Of a DNA stretch of 64,000 nucleotides, positions 8,348 to 17,362 are shown in pieces. The translations under genes and the position numbers were made by a program. The notes beneath the pieces were generated by a model, which searched no databases, had not been told where the DNA came from, and saw only the letters and a list, made by a program, of their open reading frames with translations. Location of the stretch: positions 101,978-165,977 of IMG/VR virus record IMGVR_UViG_2786546475_000015. One strand, given 5' to 3'. Origin of the DNA: a virus. Its lineage: Duplodnaviria; Caudoviricetes. Positions within the stretch are counted from its first letter, which is position 1. Every line of letters begins with the position of its first letter.

Positions 8348-8857
8348 ATGAAGCAATTGATAACTAAAGAAGTTTTAAAACAGAAGGAAGATTTTTACGC
8401 CCTTCAAGGTGGTGAATGTGCTATATGCCAAAGACCGCTAGGGGAAGATTTTTCTAAAATCCACTTAGACCACGATCATGAATTGCATGGAGACAACGCG
8501 GGTAAATGTCGCGGGGCTTTATGTACATTTTGTAACCGATTAGAAGGCGATATAAAGAAAAAGTTCATCCATAGCGGATTAGAATCGCGTGGGGTAGAAC
8601 AGCTAGATTGGTTACGTTCCCTAATATCTTACCTAGAAACTGACTTATCAAAAAGAAACATTCACCCAAATCATGTAAACGATTATTCAAAATGGGTATG
8701 TAAACAAAATAAAGATGATATACTTAAAGAGTTTGAAAAGATAGGTTACAAACCAGATCCCAAACTAACTATAAAACAATTGAGTAAGCTATTCAAGAAA
8801 GAGTTTAGGAAATATCAAAAGCAAACGTATACAGATTATTATGAGGTAAACCAATGA
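8348..8857 (+). CDS. gp49: endonuclease VII (Holliday junction resolvase)
   Basis: CAIC...HLDHDHEL.G.NAGKCRGALCTFCN..EG; late promoter TATAAATA 8323-8330. Confidence 0.9.
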   Translation: MKQLITKEVLKQKEDFYALQGGECAICQRPLGEDFSKIHLDHDHELHGDNAGKCRGALCTFCNRLEGDIKKKFIHSGLESRGVEQLDWLRSLISYLETDLSKRNIHPNHVNDYSKWVCKQNKDDILKEFEKIGYKPDPKLTIKQLSKLFKKEFRKYQKQTYTDYYEVNQ

Positions 8858-9192
8858 GTGGTACTACTAATTTACAACAACTATCGGCTACAATCCTTAG
8901 TGGTTTGATTTGTAACAATAGCGGATTTAAAGACGATACGTTGATTACAAATTCTATCAGCATGGCTAAGAAAATAATCGAAGCCACTAAAGAAAAACCA
9001 AAAGTGAAACAAAAATCTATCACGGTAGAAAAGTTCGAGGATATTCTAGAGGATATTCTAAAAGAACTGAAACCAGATTATGAATGGATGCGATTTAGAG
9101 CGACTAAATCAGACTACACTTACAATAGAGAACGTATCAATCGCGGTGAGTTGTACGAAAAACTTAAAAAACGTATGGATGAAAATAAATGA
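8854..9192 (+). CDS. hypothetical protein
   Basis: GAGG RBS, coupled ORF. Confidence 0.7.
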   Translation: MSGTTNLQQLSATILSGLICNNSGFKDDTLITNSISMAKKIIEATKEKPKVKQKSITVEKFEDILEDILKELKPDYEWMRFRATKSDYTYNRERINRGELYEKLKKRMDENK

Positions 9193-10577
9193 TCTTAGAT
9201 ATTTTGAATGAATTGGAATCGACTAGCTCTACCAAAGAAAAAGAATCGATTCTACGTAAACATGAAGATAATGAGTTATTAAAACGCGTGTTTCAGTTGA
9301 CTTATGATAAAGTCAATTACACGTTTAACGTTAAGAAAATCGATCCCGAATGGATTGAGTACGATAAAGACGTACCAGAATGTTTCACAATCGATTTAGG
9401 AATGGTACTAGAAAGTGTTGTACTCAATCTATGTGAACATAAAATGCGTGGACACGAAGCACAGCAGTTTTTATCCGAAACCTTCATGCAACTACTACCC
9501 GATGATAGAGAAGTTCTTAAACGGGTACTCAAGCGCGATTTACGGGTAAAAACAAGTGGTTCTATCGCTAATAAAGTATGGAAAGGGTTAGTTCCTAAAG
9601 TTCCTCAAATGTTGGCACGTCCATACAAAGAAAAGAACTTAAAAGCTATCGAATATCCAGCGATTGCACAAAAGAAAGCTGATGGTGTACGTTGTATCAT
9701 CTATATCGATAATGGTAGTGTTACAATGTTCAGCCGCAACGGTAATGAATTCGACTTACCAACGATTCGAGAGGAATTAAGTAAAATCGATACCCAATGC
9801 GTTATCGATGGTGAGTTACTTTATAGTGGTGATTTACGCGAAGAAGATCGTCAAACAGGTAATGGTATCGTTGGTAAATCTTTGAAAGGTACTATCAAAC
9901 CAGAAGAAGAAAGACGAGTTTACATGGAAGCATGGGATATTGTTCCGTTAGCCAAATACAAAGAAAAAGGTAAATACATTTTACCATATCTGAATCGCTT
10001 TCAAGAATTGAAAGATTTTATTAGCGATAACCAATTAAAAACTATTAGTTATATCGAATCACATGTTGTTAATAACATCGACGAAGCTAAAGAGTTATCA
10101 GCTAATTATATCGCCAATGGGTTTGAAGGAATTATTCTAAAAAACGTTGACGCACCTTGGCAAGACACACGCAGTAAACATCAAGTCAAATTCAAAGAAG
10201 TGATTGATTTTGATTTTCGTATTGTAGACGTATATCGACACGAAGAAGATCCGAATAAACTCGGTGGCGTAACTCTAGAAAGTGAGTGTGGTCAAATCCG
10301 TGTGAATTGTGGTTCTGGATTCAGAGATAAAGATACGGACGCGGAAACAGGCGAGCGTATCCCATTAGCACATAGACATGAATATGATCGCGAATTGTTA
10401 TGGTCTAAAAGACACGAATTAATCGGTAAGATTGTCGAAGGTACATGTAATGGTGTAACGACACGTAAAAATGTTCGTGAGGATGAAGCGCCTTATAAAG
10501 TATTTTTGCCAATCTTTAAATGTCTAAGATTCGACAAAGACATAGCGAATACGTTAGAAGAACTTGGTAAAAAATAA
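9189..10577 (+). CDS. gp30: ATP-dependent DNA ligase
   Basis: MILDILNELES N-terminus; motifs KADGVR, IDGEL, FEGIILK, KFKEVID, VNCGSGF. Confidence 0.95.
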   Translation: MILDILNELESTSSTKEKESILRKHEDNELLKRVFQLTYDKVNYTFNVKKIDPEWIEYDKDVPECFTIDLGMVLESVVLNLCEHKMRGHEAQQFLSETFMQLLPDDREVLKRVLKRDLRVKTSGSIANKVWKGLVPKVPQMLARPYKEKNLKAIEYPAIAQKKADGVRCIIYIDNGSVTMFSRNGNEFDLPTIREELSKIDTQCVIDGELLYSGDLREEDRQTGNGIVGKSLKGTIKPEEERRVYMEAWDIVPLAKYKEKGKYILPYLNRFQELKDFISDNQLKTISYIESHVVNNIDEAKELSANYIANGFEGIILKNVDAPWQDTRSKHQVKFKEVIDFDFRIVDVYRHEEDPNKLGGVTLESECGQIRVNCGSGFRDKDTDAETGERIPLAHRHEYDRELLWSKRHELIGKIVEGTCNGVTTRKNVREDEAPYKVFLPIFKCLRFDKDIANTLEELGKK

Positions 10578-10583
10578 TTAAAC

Positions 10584-10619
10584 AAAGCCCTTGCGTAAGC
10601 AGGGGCTTTTTGTTATCAT
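10584..10619 (+). terminator. terminator overlapping sigma70-like promoter
   Basis: Same hairpin as 5955; TTGCGT-17-TATCAT. Confidence 0.75.
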
Positions 10620-10651
10620 GGGTTTGTTGAATTGATTTAAGGAGAATATCT

Positions 10652-10759
10652 ATGGGATTTAAATATAATATCAAGCAATTCTTTAAATACCTTTTCCTGT
10701 TCATAGGATTCTTTTGTGGGTTTTTTGCTTTAGGTATGTTAACAATTTATCAGTGGTGA
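10652..10759 (+). CDS. small hydrophobic protein (35 aa, not in ORF track)
   Basis: TAAGGAG RBS; MGFKYNIKQFFKYLFLFIGFFCGFFALGMLTIYQW. Confidence 0.65.
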   Translation: MGFKYNIKQFFKYLFLFIGFFCGFFALGMLTIYQW

Positions 10760-10761
10760 TT

Positions 10762-10956
10762 ATGCAATTTGATATCGATACATTATGTCAATTGGCTAAC
10801 GGTTTACAATCATTAACCAATGGCGAACCAGACGAACATATTAAAGATCATGAAGTGAATCGAGTTCATAGCGATTTACATCATGCTATTGGGTTATTAA
10901 AACGTACAGAAGAAAATCTAATACGTTTATGCGAGAGGTACGATTATGTTGGATGA
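10762..10956 (+). CDS. hypothetical protein
   Basis: Start MQFDIDT after GGTG, coupled to the upstream small ORF. Confidence 0.6.
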   Translation: MQFDIDTLCQLANGLQSLTNGEPDEHIKDHEVNRVHSDLHHAIGLLKRTEENLIRLCERYDYVG

Positions 10957-11371
10957 TTTGATGGATGAAAAAGTTGAGAAACCTAAGCCAAAGAAAAAGA
11001 CTAAAACAAAATCAAAGAAAAAAGATGAACCAAAGACTAAGGCTACAAAGAAGCCGAGAAAATCTACTAAATCGAAAACACCCAAACCCAAAAAAAGATC
11101 AACACGTAAGCCTAAAAAGAGTACCTTACCAGACAAAGAACCCGCTGAAATTGTCGGAGATAGTTCAGGTATTCCAAATTTAATTCACGATTACCTATTG
11201 AAAAAGTACTACGTAGTAGACTATAATCAGTTAGGTAAACCAAAAACTGAATTGACCAGAGAATTTCGTATTAGAGATACCGAGGATAAAGAAGAAGATT
11301 ATATCATGTTTCTTAATATTATCCGTGGTGGTCGTAATGTAGAATTATTGGAGTTTTATAGTAATGTATAA
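10946..11371 (+). CDS. Lys-rich hypothetical protein
   Basis: GAGG RBS; KPK/KST low-complexity N-terminal half. Confidence 0.7.
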   Translation: MLDDLMDEKVEKPKPKKKTKTKSKKKDEPKTKATKKPRKSTKSKTPKPKKRSTRKPKKSTLPDKEPAEIVGDSSGIPNLIHDYLLKKYYVVDYNQLGKPKTELTREFRIRDTEDKEEDYIMFLNIIRGGRNVELLEFYSNV

Positions 11372-11597
11372 ATTAATCGGACGCGTCATTTACGACGAAG
11401 AAATGAACATCATAGGTGTTATTAGAGAAGCTTATAACGGTGATATCAGGATTTTCTATGGAGACACCGATTTTGGTACTACTTTTAGTATGGAAAGCGT
11501 TAGCGGTGCGTACGATGAATCTCTAATCCTACTCAACAATCCAGAAAAATACGCTGAAAGCAAAGAGTCTTTACGTATACAGGGTATTTCTGTATAA
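11364..11597 (+). CDS. hypothetical protein
   Basis: GGAG RBS, coupled ORF. Confidence 0.65.
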   Translation: MYKLIGRVIYDEEMNIIGVIREAYNGDIRIFYGDTDFGTTFSMESVSGAYDESLILLNNPEKYAESKESLRIQGISV

Positions 11598-11627
11598 TAA
11601 ATATATAAATAAAGGAAAGGAGAACTT

Positions 11628-12107
11628 ATGAAACAGTTTAAACAATTTTTAAATGAGAAAGACGAATCAGCGCAAGACATGAAACAGTTAGCCAATGATA
11701 TTGAAACACTATTAAAACGTAAATTTCCCAATGGTAACGTTTACGCACGATTTAGTAATAATCTAACTGAATCAATCTCGGTTTGGGTTGGTCTAGTCGG
11801 TAACACACGCGAATTAACTAGTGGTATCGCTGGTAATGATCCTTTAGCTACTGGATTTACAGTATTCAGAGATCCGAAAGGATTTATTATCGAAACACGC
11901 CGTTCAGCATTAAGCGTAAATCCCGAAGAAGGTTCTTATATGGCTATGGGTTCGGTAAAAATACCATTCCGCAAAACACGCGGCGACGAAAAGAAAATCT
12001 TAAAAGCGTTAGAACGTTGGGCTGATCGAACTATTGCCGTAGTACGTGACGAAGAAGCAAATATTTATAATCGTGCCAATTATTCGGATAAGTATTTTAA
12101 ATTTTGA
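11628..12107 (+). CDS. putative internal head protein
   Basis: MKQFKQFLNE N-terminus; TATAAATA 11604-11611. Confidence 0.7.
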   Translation: MKQFKQFLNEKDESAQDMKQLANDIETLLKRKFPNGNVYARFSNNLTESISVWVGLVGNTRELTSGIAGNDPLATGFTVFRDPKGFIIETRRSALSVNPEEGSYMAMGSVKIPFRKTRGDEKKILKALERWADRTIAVVRDEEANIYNRANYSDKYFKF

Positions 12108-12115
12108 GGTAAAAA

Positions 12116-12418
12116 ATGATTAAGAAGTTCAAAGAATTTTTAAACGAATCGCAATTTTCTGATATTTATTTCGATACGTATACAGACGCGGTTAATTTTG
12201 CATTAGACCAAACCGAAAAGAAAGGATATCAATACGATCCAGAAGAAGTAGCGGATATTATCGGGATACATTCATCAAGACCAAAAGATGGTAAAACTAC
12301 TCGATGGTCTTTGCCACTATACAAAAACGGCAAAAGACAACGAAAAGAATTGCATGTACAGGTATATGGTCGCGGTACTACAACAAACAACTTCGAGTTA
12401 AATCATTATATTCGATAA
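12116..12418 (+). CDS. putative internal head protein
   Basis: MIKKFKEFLNE N-terminus. Confidence 0.7.
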   Translation: MIKKFKEFLNESQFSDIYFDTYTDAVNFALDQTEKKGYQYDPEEVADIIGIHSSRPKDGKTTRWSLPLYKNGKRQRKELHVQVYGRGTTTNNFELNHYIR

Positions 12419-12448
12419 TGGTTAATAAATAATCATTGAGGTGATTAT

Positions 12449-12724
12449 ATGAAAAATTTTAAGAATTGGCTTGCGGAAGCCGAAACTGATAGTAATCTTA
12501 TCGATGATGTAATCGATGCTATCAAAGGGGCTGGTATGAAACCAAAAACCCTAGATAAAGGCGATAATTTTAACGTAGCATTTAAGAAAGGTGATACCGA
12601 GTATTACGTAAAACCTAATGATGAAGGTAAAGAATTATTTTACATAGACGCTGATGTGGATGATTTCAAAACATTTAAAGTAAAGGATATCGCCGCACTT
12701 AAATCAAAATTAAAGGATATGTAA
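12449..12724 (+). CDS. putative internal head protein
   Basis: MKNFKNWLAE N-terminus; late-like AATAAATA 12424-12431. Confidence 0.7.
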   Translation: MKNFKNWLAEAETDSNLIDDVIDAIKGAGMKPKTLDKGDNFNVAFKKGDTEYYVKPNDEGKELFYIDADVDDFKTFKVKDIAALKSKLKDM

Positions 12725-12725
12725 A

Positions 12726-13124
12726 GTGAAGAAATTTGCCGATCTATTAGAAAATTCTAGCGAGAATGGATTTCAATTAGACGAATCTACTAGTCGTGGT
12801 CGCGGTAGCATGAAAGTAGATTCCGAATCAGGCGAAATTCAAAGTATCGAAGCTAAATTAGTAGTTAAATCCGATGCTGATATGCCTAATATCGAAATGG
12901 ATTTTACTTACAAAGGTAGTAAATTAGAAACATCATTTAGTGTTACTAAAGGTAGATTCGAAGATAAACGATTCTACAAAAAGTTTTCTAAAATGGTAGA
13001 AGGCGTGTTTGATAATGTAGATAGTTTAGAAAATATGATCTACACCGCTTCGAATAAAGATTACGCTAAAGTAGAAAAAGCATTCAGTAAAATGGGTGTT
13101 AACATCAAAACAGATATGGTGTAA
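12726..13124 (+). CDS. putative internal head protein
   Basis: MKKFADLLE N-terminus (GTG start). Confidence 0.6.
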   Translation: MKKFADLLENSSENGFQLDESTSRGRGSMKVDSESGEIQSIEAKLVVKSDADMPNIEMDFTYKGSKLETSFSVTKGRFEDKRFYKKFSKMVEGVFDNVDSLENMIYTASNKDYAKVEKAFSKMGVNIKTDMV

Positions 13125-13128
13125 AACG

Positions 13129-13196
13129 AAAGCCTTGCTTATGCAGGGCTTTTTTGTGTCTAAACGGTTGCAAATTATATCGTACTATGCGATAAT
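13129..13196 (+). promoter_or_regulatory. terminator followed by sigma70-like early promoter
   Basis: AAGCCTTGC-ttat-GCAGGGCTTTTTT; TTGCAA(13168)-17-GATAAT(13191). Confidence 0.7.
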
Positions 13197-13225
13197 GTGT
13201 TTGTAACGTTGAGAAAGGAGATATT

Positions 13226-13411
13226 ATGCGAAATCAAAAAGACATTAACCTTATTTGGAAACATACACATAATGATTATCGCGGTAAACTAGGCGGTAAG
13301 AAATCGATTTTAGTACTACAAAATGGTGTGACCACACTAAGTACTATCGAAAACTTACCCGATGATGTATTTGAAGAAAAATTAAAAATGGCTAAACGTA
13401 AGGAGAGCTAA
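13226..13411 (+). CDS. hypothetical early protein
   Basis: AAGGAG RBS. Confidence 0.75.
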   Translation: MRNQKDINLIWKHTHNDYRGKLGGKKSILVLQNGVTTLSTIENLPDDVFEEKLKMAKRKES

Positions 13412-13412
13412 A

Positions 13413-13676
13413 TTGGAATATTCCGTTTTCGATTTAACGTGGAATTTAACATTTTGTAAACGCCACCAACGTAACTTATTTGATAGTTACTTAGAAATGT
13501 TACATGAACTATTGGGTATATTTCACGATATGCGTGAAAACGATTATTTAAAGATGTACTACGATCCAGATGGTGTAAGTATGTCGAATCGTTGGACTTC
13601 TAAAACAGAAGAACAACGTAGAAAGGTAATCGCGGAATACATTTCATACATTTTAATGGAACAAGAATGTCACTAA
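13413..13676 (+). CDS. hypothetical protein
   Basis: AAGGAG RBS, TTG start. Confidence 0.65.
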   Translation: MEYSVFDLTWNLTFCKRHQRNLFDSYLEMLHELLGIFHDMRENDYLKMYYDPDGVSMSNRWTSKTEEQRRKVIAEYISYILMEQECH

Positions 13677-13930
13677 GCGAAAAAGAAAGATTTATCTTAA
13701 AATCTGCCGCGTTAACGAAAGGTGGTATCAAATTAGATGAATCTTTTAGACCTACTATAAACAATCTACAAAAACGTAAATTGATTTATATCGTAAATCG
13801 AATTGTTCGTATAACGTTCAAAGGATATTGTGTAGTAGGTAATTTACCTTCGTGGTGTTTAGATAATTGTGCTAAAGTACCAAAACATGCCGATAATGAT
13901 TATATATCGATGTGGGTGACGTTCAAATAG
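13667..13930 (+). CDS. hypothetical protein (winged-helix-like)
   Basis: LQKRKLIY...RITFKG pattern. Confidence 0.6.
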   Translation: MSLSEKERFILKSAALTKGGIKLDESFRPTINNLQKRKLIYIVNRIVRITFKGYCVVGNLPSWCLDNCAKVPKHADNDYISMWVTFK

Positions 13931-14068
13931 TCCATTAAACGTAATATTTGGGGTATACAAGGCTATATTATAGTTAACTTAGGCGTTCATACTAATTAAT
14001 TATTTTATAGCCTTAGAATTGATTACATAGCTTATAACTTTTTATTATATATTAATAACTAAATCGAA

Positions 14069-14117
14069 TTTTAACAGTTATTACTATAATAATTATATAT
14101 AAGGTAAACTGTTAAAA
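14069..14117. repeat. ~49 bp imperfect palindromic element, copy 1 of 3
   Basis: TTTTAACAGTTATTACTATAATAATTATATATAAGGTAAACTGTTAAAA; near-identical copies at 53151 and 53303. Confidence 0.85.
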
Positions 14118-14181
14118 AATCCGCTACGCGGTAAACGCCATAGGCGTTTAATTTTATGAACTTATATGGTATTATTAAGTA

Positions 14182-14589
14182 ATGAAAAGAGAAGAATTAT
14201 TAAATGAACTAGAGCAAGATTTAAAAGTCGATACTAGACAGTTACTAAACGAAGCCGCCGACAATTCAAAGTTGTATGCTAAATGGTTACGTTATTATAG
14301 TGATGTTAAGCGGGAATGGTTAAAGGCTAATATGGCATTGTCTAGAGTCAAAAAAGAGAAACTTGACTGGTTGAACGGACGTAGTGATGAAGTATGCGAA
14401 TACGCATATGAACGTAGTGAAATAAAAACTGTATTAGAAGCTGATATTGAGTATCAAAGATCGTTTTCTAGTGTAGAGTTAGCTGGAATCAGATTAGATA
14501 TTTGTAAAAGCGCCTTAGACGCTATCAAGAGTCGTGGGTTCAGTATTAAAAATGCAATTGATATGAGAATGTTGGAGAGTGGAAAGTGA
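14182..14589 (+). CDS. uvsY: recombination mediator UvsY
   Basis: LEQDLKVD...EAADNSKLYAKWL...YERSEIKTVLEAD...ALDAIKSRGFSIKNAIDMRMLESGK. Confidence 0.92.
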   Translation: MKREELLNELEQDLKVDTRQLLNEAADNSKLYAKWLRYYSDVKREWLKANMALSRVKKEKLDWLNGRSDEVCEYAYERSEIKTVLEADIEYQRSFSSVELAGIRLDICKSALDAIKSRGFSIKNAIDMRMLESGK

Positions 14590-15023
14590 GTATTTTTAAA
14601 ATTATCAAAGATGATCAATTACAAGCACGTAAAAATTTGGCTAAGGGTAATCGACCAGAAGATAAATTACGTGTTAAATTATTGACTACTATTATCGGTG
14701 AAGCAGATCCATTCGGTCGTAATGAAGTTACCGATGAACAGATTACACAAAAACTGAAAAAGTTTCTGAAAAATATCGAAGATTCTATTAAGTCTTATGA
14801 ACAGCGTAAGATTGATACCAGTGATTTATTTTTAGAATCGAAATGGATTATGGACTATTTACCAAAACCAATGTCAGAAGATGAAATGATTTCGTTCTTA
14901 GAGAATAACGAATTCAAGAAAATCGGACAAGCTATGGGTATGGTTAATAAATATAGTAAAGACCATGATTTAATGGTTGACAAAGCAAAATTCGCTGAAC
15001 TAGCGATGAAATATATTAAGTGA
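14586..15023 (+). CDS. GatB/YqeY-like domain protein
   Basis: IKDDQLQARK...LLTTIIGE...TDEQI...LKKF...E..WIMDYLPKPMSEDE...IGQAMG. Confidence 0.65.
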   Translation: MSIFKIIKDDQLQARKNLAKGNRPEDKLRVKLLTTIIGEADPFGRNEVTDEQITQKLKKFLKNIEDSIKSYEQRKIDTSDLFLESKWIMDYLPKPMSEDEMISFLENNEFKKIGQAMGMVNKYSKDHDLMVDKAKFAELAMKYIK

Positions 15024-15030
15024 GGGTTGC

Positions 15031-15201
15031 ATGGAAATTTGTCCAGTATGTAAAACCGAACATGAACAATTAACAGAAACTACCGAAAGTGGTATTAAAG
15101 TATGTTGTGGCGCATGTCGAGGTTATCAAGAACATTATGAATCAACATTAAACGAAAGCGAAAGTAGTGATATTATCGCGGAAACGCAATTAATTGATTA
15201 G
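15031..15201 (+). CDS. UvsY.-2-like small zinc protein (not in ORF track)
   Basis: MEICPVCKT...ETTESG...GAC...IAETQLID parallels T4 UvsY.-2 ICVVCKT...ETDKG...GPC...ETQLLL; GAGGG RBS. Confidence 0.75.
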   Translation: MEICPVCKTEHEQLTETTESGIKVCCGACRGYQEHYESTLNESESSDIIAETQLID

Positions 15202-15209
15202 GAAAGTAT

Positions 15210-15422
15210 ATGAAAGGTTTTAAAGATTTTATAAGTGAGAAATCAAATTCGTCTGAATGGGTAGCTTATGATGACGATACCGCTAAGGCTATAAAAATAT
15301 TCAAATCCGAAAGAGCCGCTAAGATGTGGTTGAAAAATGAAGGGTTGGGTAGTATCATGAGGCGACAAGAGTTTGATCGTACTTATTCAAGTATCAAAGA
15401 TAGGTATGACGGTATTAAATAA
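15210..15422 (+). CDS. putative internal head protein
   Basis: MKGFKDFISE N-terminus. Confidence 0.65.
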   Translation: MKGFKDFISEKSNSSEWVAYDDDTAKAIKIFKSERAAKMWLKNEGLGSIMRRQEFDRTYSSIKDRYDGIK

Positions 15423-15460
15423 CTAGACTTCATAAAAGTTAATTAAGAACTAAACATCAT

Positions 15461-15483
15461 AAGGGGCTTAACGCCCCTTTTTT
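15461..15483. terminator. terminator between convergent genes
   Basis: AAGGGGC-TTAAC-GCCCCTTTTTT. Confidence 0.8.
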
Positions 15484-16990
15484 AGATCTTGATAGTTTTA
15501 ATATCGTAATCGTGTTTTTCTTGATTATAAATCTTAACACGTTCAACACCATGTTTAAGTGCGTAGTTTTGATTTTTCCATTTATTCTTAGCACCTTTTT
15601 TGGTAGGTAAAGCTAAATGGTCTATAACATCCCACAAAACAGCAACACTTTTAGATGAATGTTTACGTAAAATACGTCCGATACTTTGAATCGTTGTAAT
15701 CTTTGATTTAGTCGGATGTGCGAATATAGCGTGATGTAATTTCTTAATACTTACACCAGTCGATAAAATACCATAACTAGCCACGACTATCACACCATCT
15801 TCACTATTGGCTATACGCTTCATTTCATCACGATCATTTTGATGTGTGTCACCATCTGCGTATATAACCTTATCCTTACCGTAGTATCTTTGTATTCGTT
15901 TATACAAATCTTTACCATGCGCTTTATGTTTGAATAAGACTAGAACATTTTCTTTCCTATTACCCAATTTAGTAGCCAATTTAGCTACCCAATTGTTACG
16001 CTTGGTGTGTTCCTTTATAAACTTGATTTCTTTTTGATAATCTGATTTAGAAGCGACAAAATCTTTGCATTCCTCTAATGGATATCTGATAAATATACTC
16101 TTAATTTTTAATTTAGATATTTTACCTTGATCCATCATTTTACGTGTGGTAGTCGGTTTATATGGATGACCAAAAGAACCGATGTATTGAAGCATATTAG
16201 CTTTACCATCACGTAAAGTACCAGTAAGACCTTGTTTGTATTTGGTATGGCGCATCGTCTTGATAATCGAGTCAAGTGATTTACCAGTAGAATCATGACA
16301 TTCATCATTAATCAACATACCAAATTGCTCTAGCCACCATTTAGGCTGTTTTATCGCACTTTGCCACGTACTGATATAAATTTTAGCTCTATCGTTAACT
16401 TTTGATTTACCGCTAGATATTTTATGAATATCTTCATCGTCGAATAATCTGTAATTAACTAATTCATCGGTAAACTGATTGACTAGTAATACAGTCGGTA
16501 CAACGATAAGTACTTTAGAATCTTCTAATTCGAAATGACGTTTGGCTGACAGCGCCGCGATTAGAGATTTACCACCAGACGTTGGCATTTCTGTTATACA
16601 GCGTTGTTGATTAAAGAAATTAAATATACATTTCTTTTGTTCTTCATATGGTGTTATTCTTTTATCACCATCATAAATATCAAATTTACTGATCCATTTC
16701 TCAAATTCATCCCAAGACCAATGTGGTTTTGGTTCTAGTTGTTCGTCTATCTCTATGGTGTAATCTAGGTTTTTAGCAAACTTCTTTGCTAGTCCTACCA
16801 ATCCTTGGGGTAGATTTCCTAGATAGTCCATCGGTCTAATGTAACCATCCCATAGACCCATTTTATATTTTTTGTTAAACTTGTAGCCTTCTATACGAAA
16901 CGAAAAGTAATCACGCATTTCTGATATGATATGCTGTTCCGCTTCTACTTTGGCGTACGAATAGTCAACAAATTTTATTTTAATATCCAA
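15482..16990 (-). CDS. uvsW: UvsW SF2 helicase (start likely TTG 16990)
   Basis: MDIKIKF N-terminus like T4; PTSGGKS, NDECH, GLTGTL, QSIGRILR motifs. Confidence 0.95.
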   Translation of the reverse strand: MDIKIKFVDYSYAKVEAEQHIISEMRDYFSFRIEGYKFNKKYKMGLWDGYIRPMDYLGNLPQGLVGLAKKFAKNLDYTIEIDEQLEPKPHWSWDEFEKWISKFDIYDGDKRITPYEEQKKCIFNFFNQQRCITEMPTSGGKSLIAALSAKRHFELEDSKVLIVVPTVLLVNQFTDELVNYRLFDDEDIHKISSGKSKVNDRAKIYISTWQSAIKQPKWWLEQFGMLINDECHDSTGKSLDSIIKTMRHTKYKQGLTGTLRDGKANMLQYIGSFGHPYKPTTTRKMMDQGKISKLKIKSIFIRYPLEECKDFVASKSDYQKEIKFIKEHTKRNNWVAKLATKLGNRKENVLVLFKHKAHGKDLYKRIQRYYGKDKVIYADGDTHQNDRDEMKRIANSEDGVIVVASYGILSTGVSIKKLHHAIFAHPTKSKITTIQSIGRILRKHSSKSVAVLWDVIDHLALPTKKGAKNKWKNQNYALKHGVERVKIYNQEKHDYDIKTIKI

Positions 16991-17000
16991 AATAAATACC

Positions 17001-17029
17001 TTGACGTTCAATTTACATTACTGTATTAT
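17001..17029 (+). promoter_or_regulatory. sigma70-like promoter
   Basis: TTGACG-17-TATTAT. Confidence 0.55.
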
Positions 17030-17071
17030 TTAGTATACTATTAAATTAAAAACTAAAAACATGAGGTTATT

Positions 17072-17362
17072 ATGAGTTTACCAAGCAGAATGCACTTCAT
17101 TAAAAATGGTGAAGTAGTACATCAAATTTTTGTAAATTGTGGTTGGTTTTTTGATAAAGCTAACCTAGTCGATTATATTTTAGACGCGATAAACGATAAA
17201 TCTCGCGTAGAACAGGTTGATCCAAAAGAAGTACTAAAAGATGTTGATTATACTCACATCGTATTGTATAATCATGTGATACGTAAAGATATGTTGCAGA
17301 AACATTTGTTTGGTGATTTAACCACCGAACAATTTTTAGAAACAGTAATTGAGGAAAAATAA
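17072..17362 (+). CDS. hypothetical protein
   Basis: GAGG RBS. Confidence 0.7.
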   Translation: MSLPSRMHFIKNGEVVHQIFVNCGWFFDKANLVDYILDAINDKSRVEQVDPKEVLKDVDYTHIVLYNHVIRKDMLQKHLFGDLTTEQFLETVIEEK

